Positions 27,301 to 38,265 of a stretch of DNA of 64,000 nucleotides are shown one piece after another. Location of the stretch: positions 13,578,001 through 13,642,000 of the forward strand of contig CM120640.1 of the NCBI GenBank assembly GCA_051362555.1, read 5' to 3'. This DNA is from Lingula anatina (Eukaryota; Animalia; Brachiopoda). The notes under the pieces are model-generated. The model saw nothing but the letters and a program-made list of their open reading frames with translations. It was not told the origin of the DNA and ran no database searches. A program made the position numbers and the translations under genes. Position 1 is the first letter of the stretch; the number at the start of each line of letters is the position of its first letter.

Positions 27301-28412
27301 AAGTTGCACTCCCAGCTTATAAGGAGTTAGAAGATGACATCCCCTGGGCTGTGGGAACTGTAAAACAACACAAAGAAGCTCTCGAAAACATCTCTAAAGT
27401 CGCTACAAGCCATGGTTCTTCAGGACTTGCCAGAGCAGATAGCATTGGTGAGATGAACAATAGATATAAAATGAACAAGGAGACATTAGGTCTTATCAGA
27501 GCCATTGGGAAACATTTGAGCGAAAGTCCACCAGAAGAACCACAGAACAAAGTCAAAAAGGTCACCAGGAATATAGAACTTAAGTGGGGTATATACAAGA
27601 AAGACTTGCATCCAGTAAAATCCCTGAAAGGCTCTTTAGATGGTGAGAGAGGTTGCTCCAGTGTAGGGCCAGTGGGAGAGGCTGCCAAAGCTAGTCCAGC
27701 CTCTTTAGATGCATCCTGTGATCAGCCCTCATCCAGTGGTGGAGTATCTGGGAAGGAGTTTTCTAGAACTTCAGTAGGTGGCAAAAAACAGATGGTGCTT
27801 CTAGGTGCAAAGGATGAAGATGACAGTCAGGGGACAAAGGAAGGTGTTGCTTCTGCCACGCCAGTAACAGTGAAGAACTTGGTGGGAAAATTTGATGTGC
27901 AGACTCCAACCATTTCTGAATCTTCTTTTTCCGGGGTGCTCCATGACAAGGAAAAACTGTCATCAAGTGGTGGTCAAGTTGAAATGATGAAATCTGTTGT
28001 GCCCAAGAGTAAGGATCAAGCTAAATTGCAGTCAGAAAAAGAAAGTGTAGCTGCAGTGCAGCAGACCACTGGTCAATCTGACCTCGTAGATAGTCAGAGG
28101 CCATCTGGGTCAAGATCCAGATCATCAAGACCTGCCAGTCTGGCATCTGCAATACCTTATAAGAAAGCTGCTGGTGTTGTATCATCAGTAAAGCAGAGGC
28201 CAAAATCTTGCTCTGATGATAGCTATACACACGAACTTTCCTTGACGCCCACAGCTGGTGCACCACAACTTGCAAGTGCCTTGAAAAATTCTGAAGACTT
28301 TGCTCAATGTCCATGGAAAAAAGACAGAAAATTACAGGGACGATCACATCCACTGACCAAGCTTGCTGAACAACAGAATATTAGAAATAATCCCTTTTAT
28401 AGTACAATGTGA
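7384..28412 (+). CDS. SSH: Protein phosphatase Slingshot homolog (cofilin phosphatase), multi-exon
   Basis: Exon 1 MALVTVQRSPSPS (7384-7437); FSESYFAVKGAA (from 18217); DEK-C-like region IKVKLKEIMLTVDLEEVTS; DSP domain LYLGSEWNASN and catalytic HCRMGISRS (~21865-21890); C-terminus GRSHPLTKL...NNPFYSTM resembles the vertebrate SSH2 end. Confidence 0.95.
8046..8588. mobile_element. Older palindromic MITE (family B, GAGTGCATTCAGAAC-type ends), interrupted by a family A MITE
   Basis: Imperfect inverted arms, TAG on both flanks (8043-45, 8589-91); related copies at 11554 and 55494. Confidence 0.7.
8096..8347. mobile_element. Near-perfect palindromic PIF/Harbinger-type MITE (family A), copy 1
   Basis: GGCTTCGTTCACATGCAATG...CATTGCATGTGAACGAAGCC, TAA duplicated on both sides (8093-95, 8348-50); almost entirely self-complementary. 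Confidence 0.9.
11554..11873. mobile_element. Degenerate palindromic MITE (family B-related)
   Basis: GGCCACATTCAGAACAGTTTGATC...GATCAAACTGACCTTAATGCAGCC, TAT on both flanks, internal GGCAGACCCA/TGGGTCTGCC arms. Confidence 0.65.
12586..12811. mobile_element. Degenerate MITE (family C, TAGATCGATCTA motifs)
   Basis: TAA on both flanks, subterminal AGATCGATCT palindromes, similar to 57150-57374. Confidence 0.55.
13570..13828. mobile_element. Near-perfect palindromic PIF/Harbinger-type MITE (family A), copy 2
   Basis: Same termini as 8096-8347; TAA duplicated (13567-69, 13829-31). Confidence 0.9.
15180..15332. mobile_element. Truncated family B MITE remnant
   Basis: TTCAAGTGGGTCGGCCATATTTG...GTTCTGAATGCGGCC matches the right arm of the 11554 copy; left boundary uncertain. 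Confidence 0.45.
21230..21318. repeat. (TC)n(CA)n compound microsatellite in an SSH intron
   Basis: Seen directly. Confidence 0.95.
23333..23600. mobile_element. Possible non-autonomous DNA element with CAGTGCTA...TAGCACTG termini
   Basis: CAGTGCTAGAAATAAGT versus ACTTACTTTTAGCACTG imperfect inverted ends; no clear target duplication. Confidence 0.45.
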
Positions 28413-30310
28413 TTTAGATAAATAGTAGACTACGTGGGTTGTGGACAAAAGTGCTACTTGGCTGTGGAAAGGTCTTGGAGAAACACTTTGGCTCAAGACT
28501 GGTTTTAGAAAGGGATTTCAGCCCAAAAGTTAGTCTCACTTTGGAATAAATCTGCAATTGTTCAGGACTAATGAAGTACCTTCTGGTCCAAAACAGTTTC
28601 AATTTCTTTCTTGGTATGAAACAAGCATTTATTTTTATTAGACTGCTACAGAATTAGTAAGGTCAAGTAAGACCTAAAATTTTGATCTTTAATGAAACAG
28701 GCCATTTTTAAAACTTTCCTCTAACAGAAAAATATTTTAGTATAATAATGGTGCTTTTCAAAACCTGGAAAAACTTTCTTTTTCATATTTCTTTGCAACT
28801 GCTTCTAACAGTAATGAAGTCATTACCAGAAGATATTTAAGTGAACAAGTCTGAATTCTAAGTCACAGCACAAAATATACAATCATATGATATAGTTGGG
28901 AATTTTGATTGTTATGCCAATGTACATAATTTGTTGGAATTAGAATTTTTGAGGCTAGTAAAAGTGCCTTATTCATTGTGTACAGCTGCCAATTCAACTA
29001 TTTATTTAAGAGCTTATATTCATTAAAACCCTTACCATTGCTTATTTCACATGATTTTTATCTATTTTATTTATCAGGTAATGATAATTATTTTAATCTC
29101 GTTAACAAAATGATAAAATTATTTTGTTGGTTTGAGCTTACTGATTTGAAAGTTTGCTTTACACTGGGAAGCTCCTGTTGAACATTAACTTTGTAAATAG
29201 AAGCCGGCTGTAGTGGATTTGGTGCGATCATTACATACAGAAACAGACCAACAAATGAAATATGGACACCACAAAGGAATTCAATCTCCAACTGGAGTAG
29301 TTGCCAGCCTTTGTCTAAGCACTGTGAAAGATCAAGTGGGGGTTTAGTTTTGCACAGGAGCTTGACTTCACAGACAACAATAAGGCTATAATACCATATT
29401 TTGAAGGTTGCCAATTTGTATAAATCATTTATTACTATCTGGGCTCTTTGTCTCTTAAGATTGAACACACTTCATTGAGATGTTTTTGGCCATCATAACA
29501 TGCAAGTGCATACAATGGTATTAAGAAGGGATGGTAGGACACGCATAAATAATATCTGAAGAAAAATTTTATTTAGTTGATTACCGAGTTACAAAAGGGA
29601 CTTGATAATGGTTACTGTAATGATGCAATTTTTTAAAGTCATTGAGAAGAATGTACTTCTAGTGAGGACAATTTAATAATAAGACTGATGAAATGTATAG
29701 TTGTTTAGGAAACATTCTTTCCATTTTTATGTAATGGTGTAATTAAGGTCTGCTCAAACTGGTTGGTGCAAAGTGCAATTCGGTGATATTGGAAATAAAA
29801 GACTACAAACTTTTTTGTGTTTTACTGAGACTACAAAAATACATGCATTTCTTGGTAAAAATGAGATAAAAATTATGCAAAATGTTACACATAGAAAATG
29901 TACTCTGTATATAACATAAGTTTTCTATTATAAATGTAAGTGTCTAACATGAGGACAAAACAGAAAAAGAGTAAAAATCTATTATACCTTGACATTTGCA
30001 TTGTGGAATTTCGTCTGGCTATTAGCTTTTTTCTTTAACATGATAGAAAAAATGCCTAAACTTGTAAGGTTATCATAATTTCTCTCTTACATGCAATCAA
30101 ATGTTGCCCAACCCCCCCCCAAACAAATTTTTTTTCTACAAACCCCAAAAAACATATCTCAGGTTTCAAACTGTCTGATACTTTGACCTTTTACAACATG
30201 GCCACCAAACTTTTAAATTGAGTACACAGATAATAAATATGTTAATGTCACAAAGAGAAAACATCTAAGAACGAGTATTTTAGGCTTTTGCTTCAACTGA
30301 TTGTCCAAAG

Positions 30311-33300
30311 TCACACAGTATGAGGAACAATGCCTTCATGGTGAAATCCATCCTGGAAAATAAAAGAAATAACAGACTTTAAAAAAATGTGACTAAATAG
30401 GTTCAGGTTCACTAGCTGAAAAACCTGTGCAAAAGTCAGGCATGTTATAGAACATGAAAACAAATCGAGATTAAACACAACTCTGATGTTACAACAGAAC
30501 GCACAGAAATGTAATAGTCAAACTCGGCATTGTAAATATTTCTGATACTGTTATACATCTGCAGAAGCATCTGAACGTGTTGAGCGAGTTCTGTGACAAA
30601 TAGCATATGGAGGTCAGTACAAATAAAACAGAAGTCATGGTGTGTAAGAATGGAAGACCTCTACATAAGTATGTAGAGTTTTACTAAAAGAGAAAAAAAC
30701 TTGAGGCTGTATCATATTATAAGCATCTTGGGTACTGGTATCAACACGTATTAATTGGTAATTTACTCTACTAAATAATGCGACTAAGGCTCCACGAGCA
30801 ATCACAATGCTTAGATGTTTTGAGAAAAAATGTGGGAGATAAGCATATAATGTAGCCTTTCAAATCTTTGATAGCATGTTTTTTCCCATTTTGTTATATG
30901 GTGCAGAGATATGGGGAACCAATTATGTTGAGGTGATTGAGAAAGTGCAAATCAAATTTTATATTTCTTAGGTTTACCAAGTTCTGCATCAAATGCCACA
31001 GCCATAGGAGAGTGTGGAAGACTACCTCTGTTGGTGCACACATAGCATTAAATACTGGTTAAAATTATAATGTATAGGACCAGATGGGTACTCGAGGCAA
31101 TATTACCAGATGTTATATAATCTAGAGCTGTCTAGTACAATGACATGGACCAGTAAGGTGTGTTATGGTTGTCACAAGAGATAGGAAATGTTGAACACTT
31201 TTAAGTGAGTTCACTCAGTGGTTGAAGGACACTGCGTTTCAACAGTGGTCAGCTGATGAGAAGGGCAATAATTAGCTGATTAGCCACAATAAGTGAAAAA
31301 CTTAATAATGCGTTAAATGTGTTAAATGTGGAGCGCTATTTTACTATGATTACATAGTGGAAGATCAGAAATGCCTTATCACGGCTCAGAACATCATGCC
31401 ATGATTTGAAAATCAAGAGGGTAGACATCAAAATATAGATCTTGAATTAAGACACTGTGATTATTGCTGCAATGCTTATAAAGAAGCATGCATAGAGGAG
31501 GAGTACCATTCCGTGCTTGTGTGTCTACAGAGCCAAATATATCTCCAGCATTCAGGCAAACATATTCAACTTTTAAGGGTTCATGATATCTGAACATGCA
31601 ACTCGATTAACAAACTTGTCAATGTATGTGTATATGTGTGAGTGCTTCAAACTAAGGGATATACAGAAGGCATAAATTTGACTCCTGTTATTGTTATGTA
31701 ATATAGGCTAGTGGCCTAAATTTACAAAATAAACATTATTATAATATAGTAGTCAAACTGCCCACCTGACCAAATTCCGATTCTTCATGGTTATCTCCAT
31801 AAAAATGCTTCTCCAACAAGTCATTGGTGTGTTCTCTGATCTCAGAGTTATTGTGATATTCTAAACTTTCCAGTCCTGACAATCCATTGTTTTCTTCAAA
31901 CATCTCTTTACCCTGAATAAACAACAAGGAAATGTCTCAAAATTATAAGTTTCTTCAACTAATACTTCAAAACAAAGTAAAAACACTGTTTTCCTAGTAG
32001 TTAGATACACATTTAGTAATTACAGATCAGTGAATGCTTACATTTGGCCCAGGCATTATAGCATATAAGACCTCTACTCTTGAACTTTTGAGGTTTTAGA
32101 TTCCTTAGACCCCTTCATTCATCCTAACTGTTATATAAATTGTAACTGTATGTAATTGGAAATTAAAAAGCACACACCTTTGGTAGTAAACGCAGTACCA
32201 TTTCACTAAATCCTAGAGCCAAGTTGACCGCTTCAAGATCTGACACTTTCAGTAAACTAAGCATCCCTGGTAGACACCCTTGGTTCACCAATGCCTGGCA
32301 AAACTCTGCTCCTTGACAACTTATATTGCACACACAGAAAGCAGCCTAAAGAGAAAATGAAGAAACTATTTCTCTATTTTGAAAGTGTATAAATAGCCTT
32401 CCTTGCATATCTTGTTAAAATTACCAAGACTAAAACTCCAGACGTAAATGCCAAACACATTACTTGCAAACCTCTTATTTGACTGTTTACATTAAATTTT
32501 TCTGCACTATCAGCATCAGACTTTTCATATTACCTCTTTCCTAATATCAAAAGAATCCAATAGAAGAAAAACCAACTGGCTGAGTAACCCATGATTCATT
32601 ACTTCAAGGCATACACTTCTTGTACCTACAAAGACAATAAAATGTTTTTTTTACCAAGCGAAACAAAGGGGAACAAAAAAATATTGCTAAATGAAAATAC
32701 CAACAAGAAAAAGAGGCTCAATGGCAGTTAATGCTTTTAGTACAAAAAAATGTAAATTATGTTAACATTAGGAATGAGAAAATACAATTTTTTGATCCAG
32801 ATTGCTAACAAAAATGAAAACAAACACCCAGATACAATGAATACCAGCCTTACTGGTTCCATGTAGATAAAACTAAAAGCCACTCCTCCTCACCTGTAAT
32901 GTTTGATAACAACCACAAGCTCTCTTTCCTGATGTGCCTATGCTGTGATTTCAGGTATGTTAGTAGTGCAGTGAAGAAACCCTCATAATGACACACAGCC
33001 AAGCTGAAGGTGTCTGGGCCACTACATATATTTCCCAAGCAACGTAAAAGTGGGGTTATTACCTGCAACAGCATGCACATTGTGTGGGATTTGATGCATT
33101 CGTCTTAAATGAAACTGGTTTAACCCATGAGACATGTTAATAACTACTAAAACAAATACATTGTTATCAACTATTATCTGTAGAATGAAATGTTTTAATA
33201 TGATGAGTTGATGGCTATTTTGTATCTGAAAGAAATGTTTGTTAACAGTCTAACAAAAAAAAAAATCACCTTCATTTTTCATTTTTTTGTAAACCCCATA

Positions 33301-34419
33301 CCTGTGCATTTCCTGCGTGGTCCTGTGATAAGGCAATCAAAACTGGGACTAGCTTTTGTAAGGTGGGCTGACATAACGATTCTTCATGGTCACCACTAAA
33401 AACAAAACATTGAAACGGATAAGAATCATCGACAACAGATTACATCATTCACTTTGTACCTAAGAAATCATATGGTTATTTAAAAAGGCCAGCTGCTAAA
33501 GCCAACAAGTGAACAAAAAACCTGTATCAGTTTATTAATTTTTTATAAATATGTACCCTCATGTAATGGCAATATGTACGGTACTGTGTCTGTACATAAA
33601 AATGGGACACAAAAACTTACAAAGCAACCAAGTAGGTAAGAACCCAAGCAGCTTCTGATGTCACATCAAGGCAGTTTTCTTCACTTTTGATATGCTGCAG
33701 TACAAGTGGAATTATTCCCAGGTCTAGAAGATCTCTGAAAAATAACAAATTGTGTTAGTCTTCATCTGACATACATCTGTTAAAGTGCTAAAAATAACTA
33801 GAAACAAAGTACTACAACAAAATCATCAAAAATTGTCAATTAGTTTACCAAGTCAAACAATGATAACCAATTATGAAAACGAAATGGAGTGAAGATTGCA
33901 GCTAGTTATTTGTTCCACAGAGAATGTACATACTGGGTGTTGCTCTCTGCCCATCTGACCATATTAGACAATGCAAAGGCTGAGCTCTGGACAACATGTG
34001 GGGATGGAGACTGAAATAAAAATGTCCGTGACAGAGTAACCTTATACAAGCGACAGCCATTCAATTAAAAAAAAACAAAAAAACAAATGCAACATCACAG
34101 ATCAAGTCATTTAATGAAGTTCATTTATTACAGGTATCAGCCAAACGATTGAGAACACAAGTTAAGTAAAATATATAATAAACAGATCCGTACCTTCAGT
34201 AAGTTAACCAGTGGAAGGAGAACTCCTTGTGCTTTTAACAAATCTCTGCACTCTGGTCCATCTCCTGCCATGTTTCCCACAGCCCAAGCACACTGGTCCT
34301 GAACAGCACAATAATATCAGAACATGTCAATGTCTATCTATCTTGACTTTATGGAAAGGATGTACACATTATTAATGTCAAGCAGACACAAAAACACACA
34401 TATGAGCATTTATATATGC

Positions 34420-34474
<55 letters not shown>

Positions 34475-34477
34475 TTA

Positions 34478-34512
<35 letters not shown>

Positions 34513-36431
34513 AATAAACTGATCTGCTAAACCAGGAAATTGGTTGGTAAGTTTTACTATCATATTTCATCATTGGCACAGCACAACAATGCATGCATAC
34601 AAAACGTTATAGTATCACTATCTTGTCAAGCTTTGATCTTTGATGTGTACTACATAATGTAAGGAATTTGGTAAAATTTATGAGCATCATGTAATTGGCA
34701 AGTATTTGACTCTGGGAAAAGAATTTAATTGGTACCTGACATTATGAAAGAGTTTTGAAGACTACATATGACAATAAAATAGCCAGGTTGAATAGGACTG
34801 ATAACACGAGTAGTGAAGCTTAGAACACTGCCTTTGAGCATCAGCTGCACTGATGTTAAAAGCTTTTGAAGATCATAAAGGTAAATAACAATTCAATGAC
34901 CTGTAGGTGTGGATTGCTGCCACTGAGATAAGTGATGAGATATGGAGCAGCAGCTTTGGTAGCCTGCAGGGCTTGCTCATGTGTGCCTGCAGCTATGTTG
35001 GTCACACACCATGCTGCCTCCATCTGCAGATCTGAATCATGGCCACTCAGCACTCCTACTAAGTGCTGCAGAGCATTGTCAGTTCTGGGCAATGAAAAAA
35101 AAATGTATATAATAAAATGTATGTACACATTCAACAAGACATTTTTTTTGTCATTGATACAAAAAATTGCAATATGCCCAATCATAAAAATTGTTGCATA
35201 AAAATGTTAACAATTTAGACTAGATCAAAATTTAAAAGCTAAGTATAAAGAAACACAGATTTCAATTTCCAACCAACTCTTATGAATTTGAATTTCTTTC
35301 ACTTGAGTAAATAAATGATTTCATTCAAATTCTGCCTCACCTCATAAAGTCCTCTATAAACACACTTCCCTGAGAAAAAGCCTTCCTCAATATTTTAAGT
35401 GAATCTTTGACAGATGAATGATCTTGCAAAAATGAAGCACATGCTGTTTTCATCTGAAAATGAAAAGGCTCACATCTGTCACTATAAATGTCAAACAGCT
35501 GTTGTGTCATAATTATCAGACCCGTGGCCAGCCATTTCAAAAAGGGGGGGGAGGGGGACTTTTTTCTGAAAAAGCCTTGAACATGAAACCATTGTTCATC
35601 TGGATCAAATTTTACCGAGAGCTGACCATTTTCTGGCAAAAAGGGCAGTTTGTTCAAACTCCGAACTCTCCCTTGGCTACATTCCTGCTTATAAAAACTT
35701 GTAGGCTGTAGCATATAATGAAAATTTGTAATTATGTCTTTTAAGGGGTTGAAAGATACCGAGGAATATACATATATCTGATTCACAAATTACATATGAA
35801 AATGACATATATTACACTGCAAAAGGGCAAATCAGAAAACATAGTAGTACTACAATATGAATTTAGAATTACCTGATCCAAAGTAATTTCAACTTCTTCG
35901 TCTGCATTATCTAATCTCACTCTCTTGGCATCTAGGGCCTTTGCCTTTCTACTTTTACGTAACTCTAGAGTAGAAAGAAACTTTTTAAATGCAACATTTT
36001 CAAATTTCTAAATTTATTAGAAAAATCAAGGGTGGAATCTTCTGTGAAGTTAAACAACTATCAAAACAAAACAAAGGCAGCTTTAATAATAAACCTTGGA
36101 TACCGTGCCCGAGAATGAAACATTTTATTCCAAAAATAATTTTGTTTGAAATAACTTACCATAAATATTGTCTGGATAGTGAGAGATGAGTGTTAAACCT
36201 ACTGTCGCCATGAATTCTACTGTTCGCTTTAATGCGATTAGTTAACAGAGACCAATGGCATGACTCATATTGGCATTCTCAAGCAATGACTGCAATTTGT
36301 CAGAACAAATCCAAACAAAGATGACATACACGTCTAATTTATTTATTCTTACCAATGTCTTCTTGTCTTCGTCTGTCACGAAGATCATCAGGAGTATGTG
36401 AGTGGTGTTTATATTGCTGTCGGTGGTCCAT
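30311..36431 (-). CDS. TMCO6: TMCO6-like / importin-alpha-related armadillo-repeat protein, multi-exon
   Basis: Exon 1 36353-36431 MDHRQQYK...DDLRDRRRQEDI plus exon 2 35873-35964 ELRKSRKAKALDAKR (IBB-like); ARM repeats LQMEAAWCVTNIAAG, DQCAWAVGNMAGD, PLLRCLGNICSG, IRKESLWLLSNIT; probable last exon 30311-30352 (otherwise stop at 31739). Confidence 0.8.
30560..31737 (+). mobile_element. Decayed 5'-truncated non-LTR retrotransposon (RTE-X/CR1-like ORF2 3' end)
   Basis: Frameshifted remnants LNVLSEFCDK*HMEVSTNKTEVMV, FDSMFFPILLYGAEIWG, IEKVQIKF, IGECGRLPL, IKYWLKL, LSRLRTSCHDLKIKRGRH; ends in AATAAA...TTATT. Confidence 0.75.
34421..34511. repeat. (AAT)n followed by (ATT)n: inverted microsatellite pair
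   Basis: Seen directly in a TMCO6 intron. Confidence 0.9.
35517..35688. mobile_element. Possible short non-autonomous element (CAGACCCGTGGCCAG...TTGGCTACATTCCTG)
   Basis: Imperfect inverted termini with G-run and C-run subtermini; a similar end lies at ~54880-54911. Confidence 0.4.
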
Positions 36432-37113
36432 ACCGTCAAGATTTTATTATAATACTAAAAGGACGCAAGAAATCCCGTGGGCGCTGCCATCTTGAATTGT
36501 TTTACCTTATGCTTGAAAATTAAAGAAAACAATGTACCCATTTGTCGAGAGGCACTGCAATACAATTCTCAGTGAATCATAAGATCCCAGTTAATTGAAA
36601 AATATTACTTTACCTAATAATATCTATACCTCTGCTGTTCATAGCAAGAAAAACAATAGTAGAACATTTAAATTCCGGCTTGGATCAACTGTGGTAAAGC
36701 GCTTATTTCAACTTGGCCATCTTGTCTGTGTACTTCACTTGTCACAGTCTCAAATATCAACACCATGGTAAGTTAGTCAAAGAGGCATTGATTGAACATA
36801 GACTTTGAGTCTATTTTACAGACCTTATCGTACATCGTCTCATCTTTTTACTAATCGGAGCCGAAGGTTAATATGAAACGATGCTTTTTCTAAATTTTAG
36901 ATTGGTCACTAACATCACGCTCGGCTGTCACCTTGATTGGATAGTAAGCGATTGTCGTAAAATCGCTAAATGATATAAAAACCGGGTGCATAAACTTGGA
37001 AACCACCTAGGACAACCTTGGACTGCCACATTAATCCAATACAATGCAAAAATAAACTATAACAAGTGGTTAAAGCCTTCAAACCGAATGTCGTAAAGTC
37101 CCCATATACCTCC

Positions 37114-37968
37114 ATTCGCCTTATTCATATAGACCATAATCCTTTGCGCGCAACAGGAGTTCCGGTATTTTTTTCCCATAGCAATTCTATAGACGCGTGA
37201 ATTAAATGCCGCACAGGTAAGTGAAAAATGATTATTTAATTTCAAATAAAATAGATATGAATAAAACTAATATTTCTCCTCATGATTATCACATTTTGCC
37301 ATGAAATTAGTCGTTTTTTAATAATTTTTTTTTATTTAGACGATAGGCTGACTTGGAGCGCATTTGCGCACCGCAGTGTGTTAGATGTGTTGAGAGGAGA
37401 TTGCGTTCGTGCTTGTCTTGTTTGACCCATTTTTAAAGTCACGTTGGTTTGTTTTGATTTTCTGCGAGTCCGATATGAGTCGGATGTCCATTTTGTAAAC
37501 CATAGCCAGGCCAAATTTACCCAACTTCCAGCAAGAGAGCCGTGAGTGAGACACTGAGAGGAATTGTGATATGTCAGGAAAGTCGTATACCCATTTATCT
37601 TTATGTTACCATATGTCAGTTGTTCCGTTATTTTTAGACCAAAATATTTACATTTGTTTGAAAGTATATTAGATATAGTAAGAGTGTCCCATTTTTAAAA
37701 TAAGAAGAAAAGGGTAATTCTGGTCAGAACAATATGTCTGATAAAGGCAAATAAATTCAGCGCTTCCACTATCATGCTTGTGGGCTGATTTGATAGTTGT
37801 CGGCGCCACTAGCTTGATTTTAGTGGTACATTGTTTTGAGGCAGTGGACATTAGTCAGGACAGGTGGCAGTGAAATATCACAGGAGAGCAAGCTCAGTGG
37901 TAGAGCGTTCACCTTGTGTGGAAGGTCTTGGGTTCGATTCCCAAGCTCTCCCTTTTCCAAAGTTACCA
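37114..37968 (+). repeat. Left terminal inverted repeat, 855 bp including the AT
   Basis: Reverse complement of 44250-45104; mirrored coordinates always sum to 82218; four mirrored ORF pairs in the ORF track. Confidence 0.97.
37883..37952 (+). ncRNA. tRNA-like Pol III unit in the left TIR (cloverleaf with 5-nt anticodon loop; possibly Thr-TGT derived)
   Basis: Acceptor GGAGAGC/GCTCTCC, D stem GCTC/GAGC, anticodon stem TTCAC/GTGGA with loop CTTGT, variable AGGTC, T arm TTGGG-TTCGATT-CCCAA, B box GGTTCGATTCC, TTTT immediately downstream. Confidence 0.8.
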
Positions 37969-38265
37969 ATAGCCTACCAGTAACTGCATGCATTCCTGTC
38001 CAATACTGCATATTCATGCTCTCAAACAGTTATTTTAAATTGCGTACAATATTTAATTGTATCTTCTTTCAAATAGCATACATTGCTGAGCTACAAAGCA
38101 AATGGCAAAAAATTTATCCATTATATATTAGCATATCTTGGTTTAATATCTTTAATTCTTAATATATTTATAATACTAAATGTGCTCATCTTGCCCTAAA
38201 GTCTACTTTATTTTGTACCATCATTTTGCCATAATTTTCTACAGGGAATAAAGTCATTCAGAATA

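Noticed and set aside
36460-36723. ATGs at 36720 and 36490 (minus strand) as the TMCO6 start
   Set aside because: They hit stops after 5 and 11 codons; more likely AAGATGGC YY1-like motifs or uORFs. The ATG at 36431 gives the IBB-like frame
37883-37952. Calling the unit a functional tRNA-Thr gene
   Set aside because: The anticodon loop has 5 nt rather than 7 and position 8 is A, so it is unlikely to decode; reported as tRNA-like
37057-38162. Short ORFs duplicated at 37057-38162 and 44191-45200
   Set aside because: By-products of the inverted repeat, mostly with non-ATG starts and no protein-like motifs
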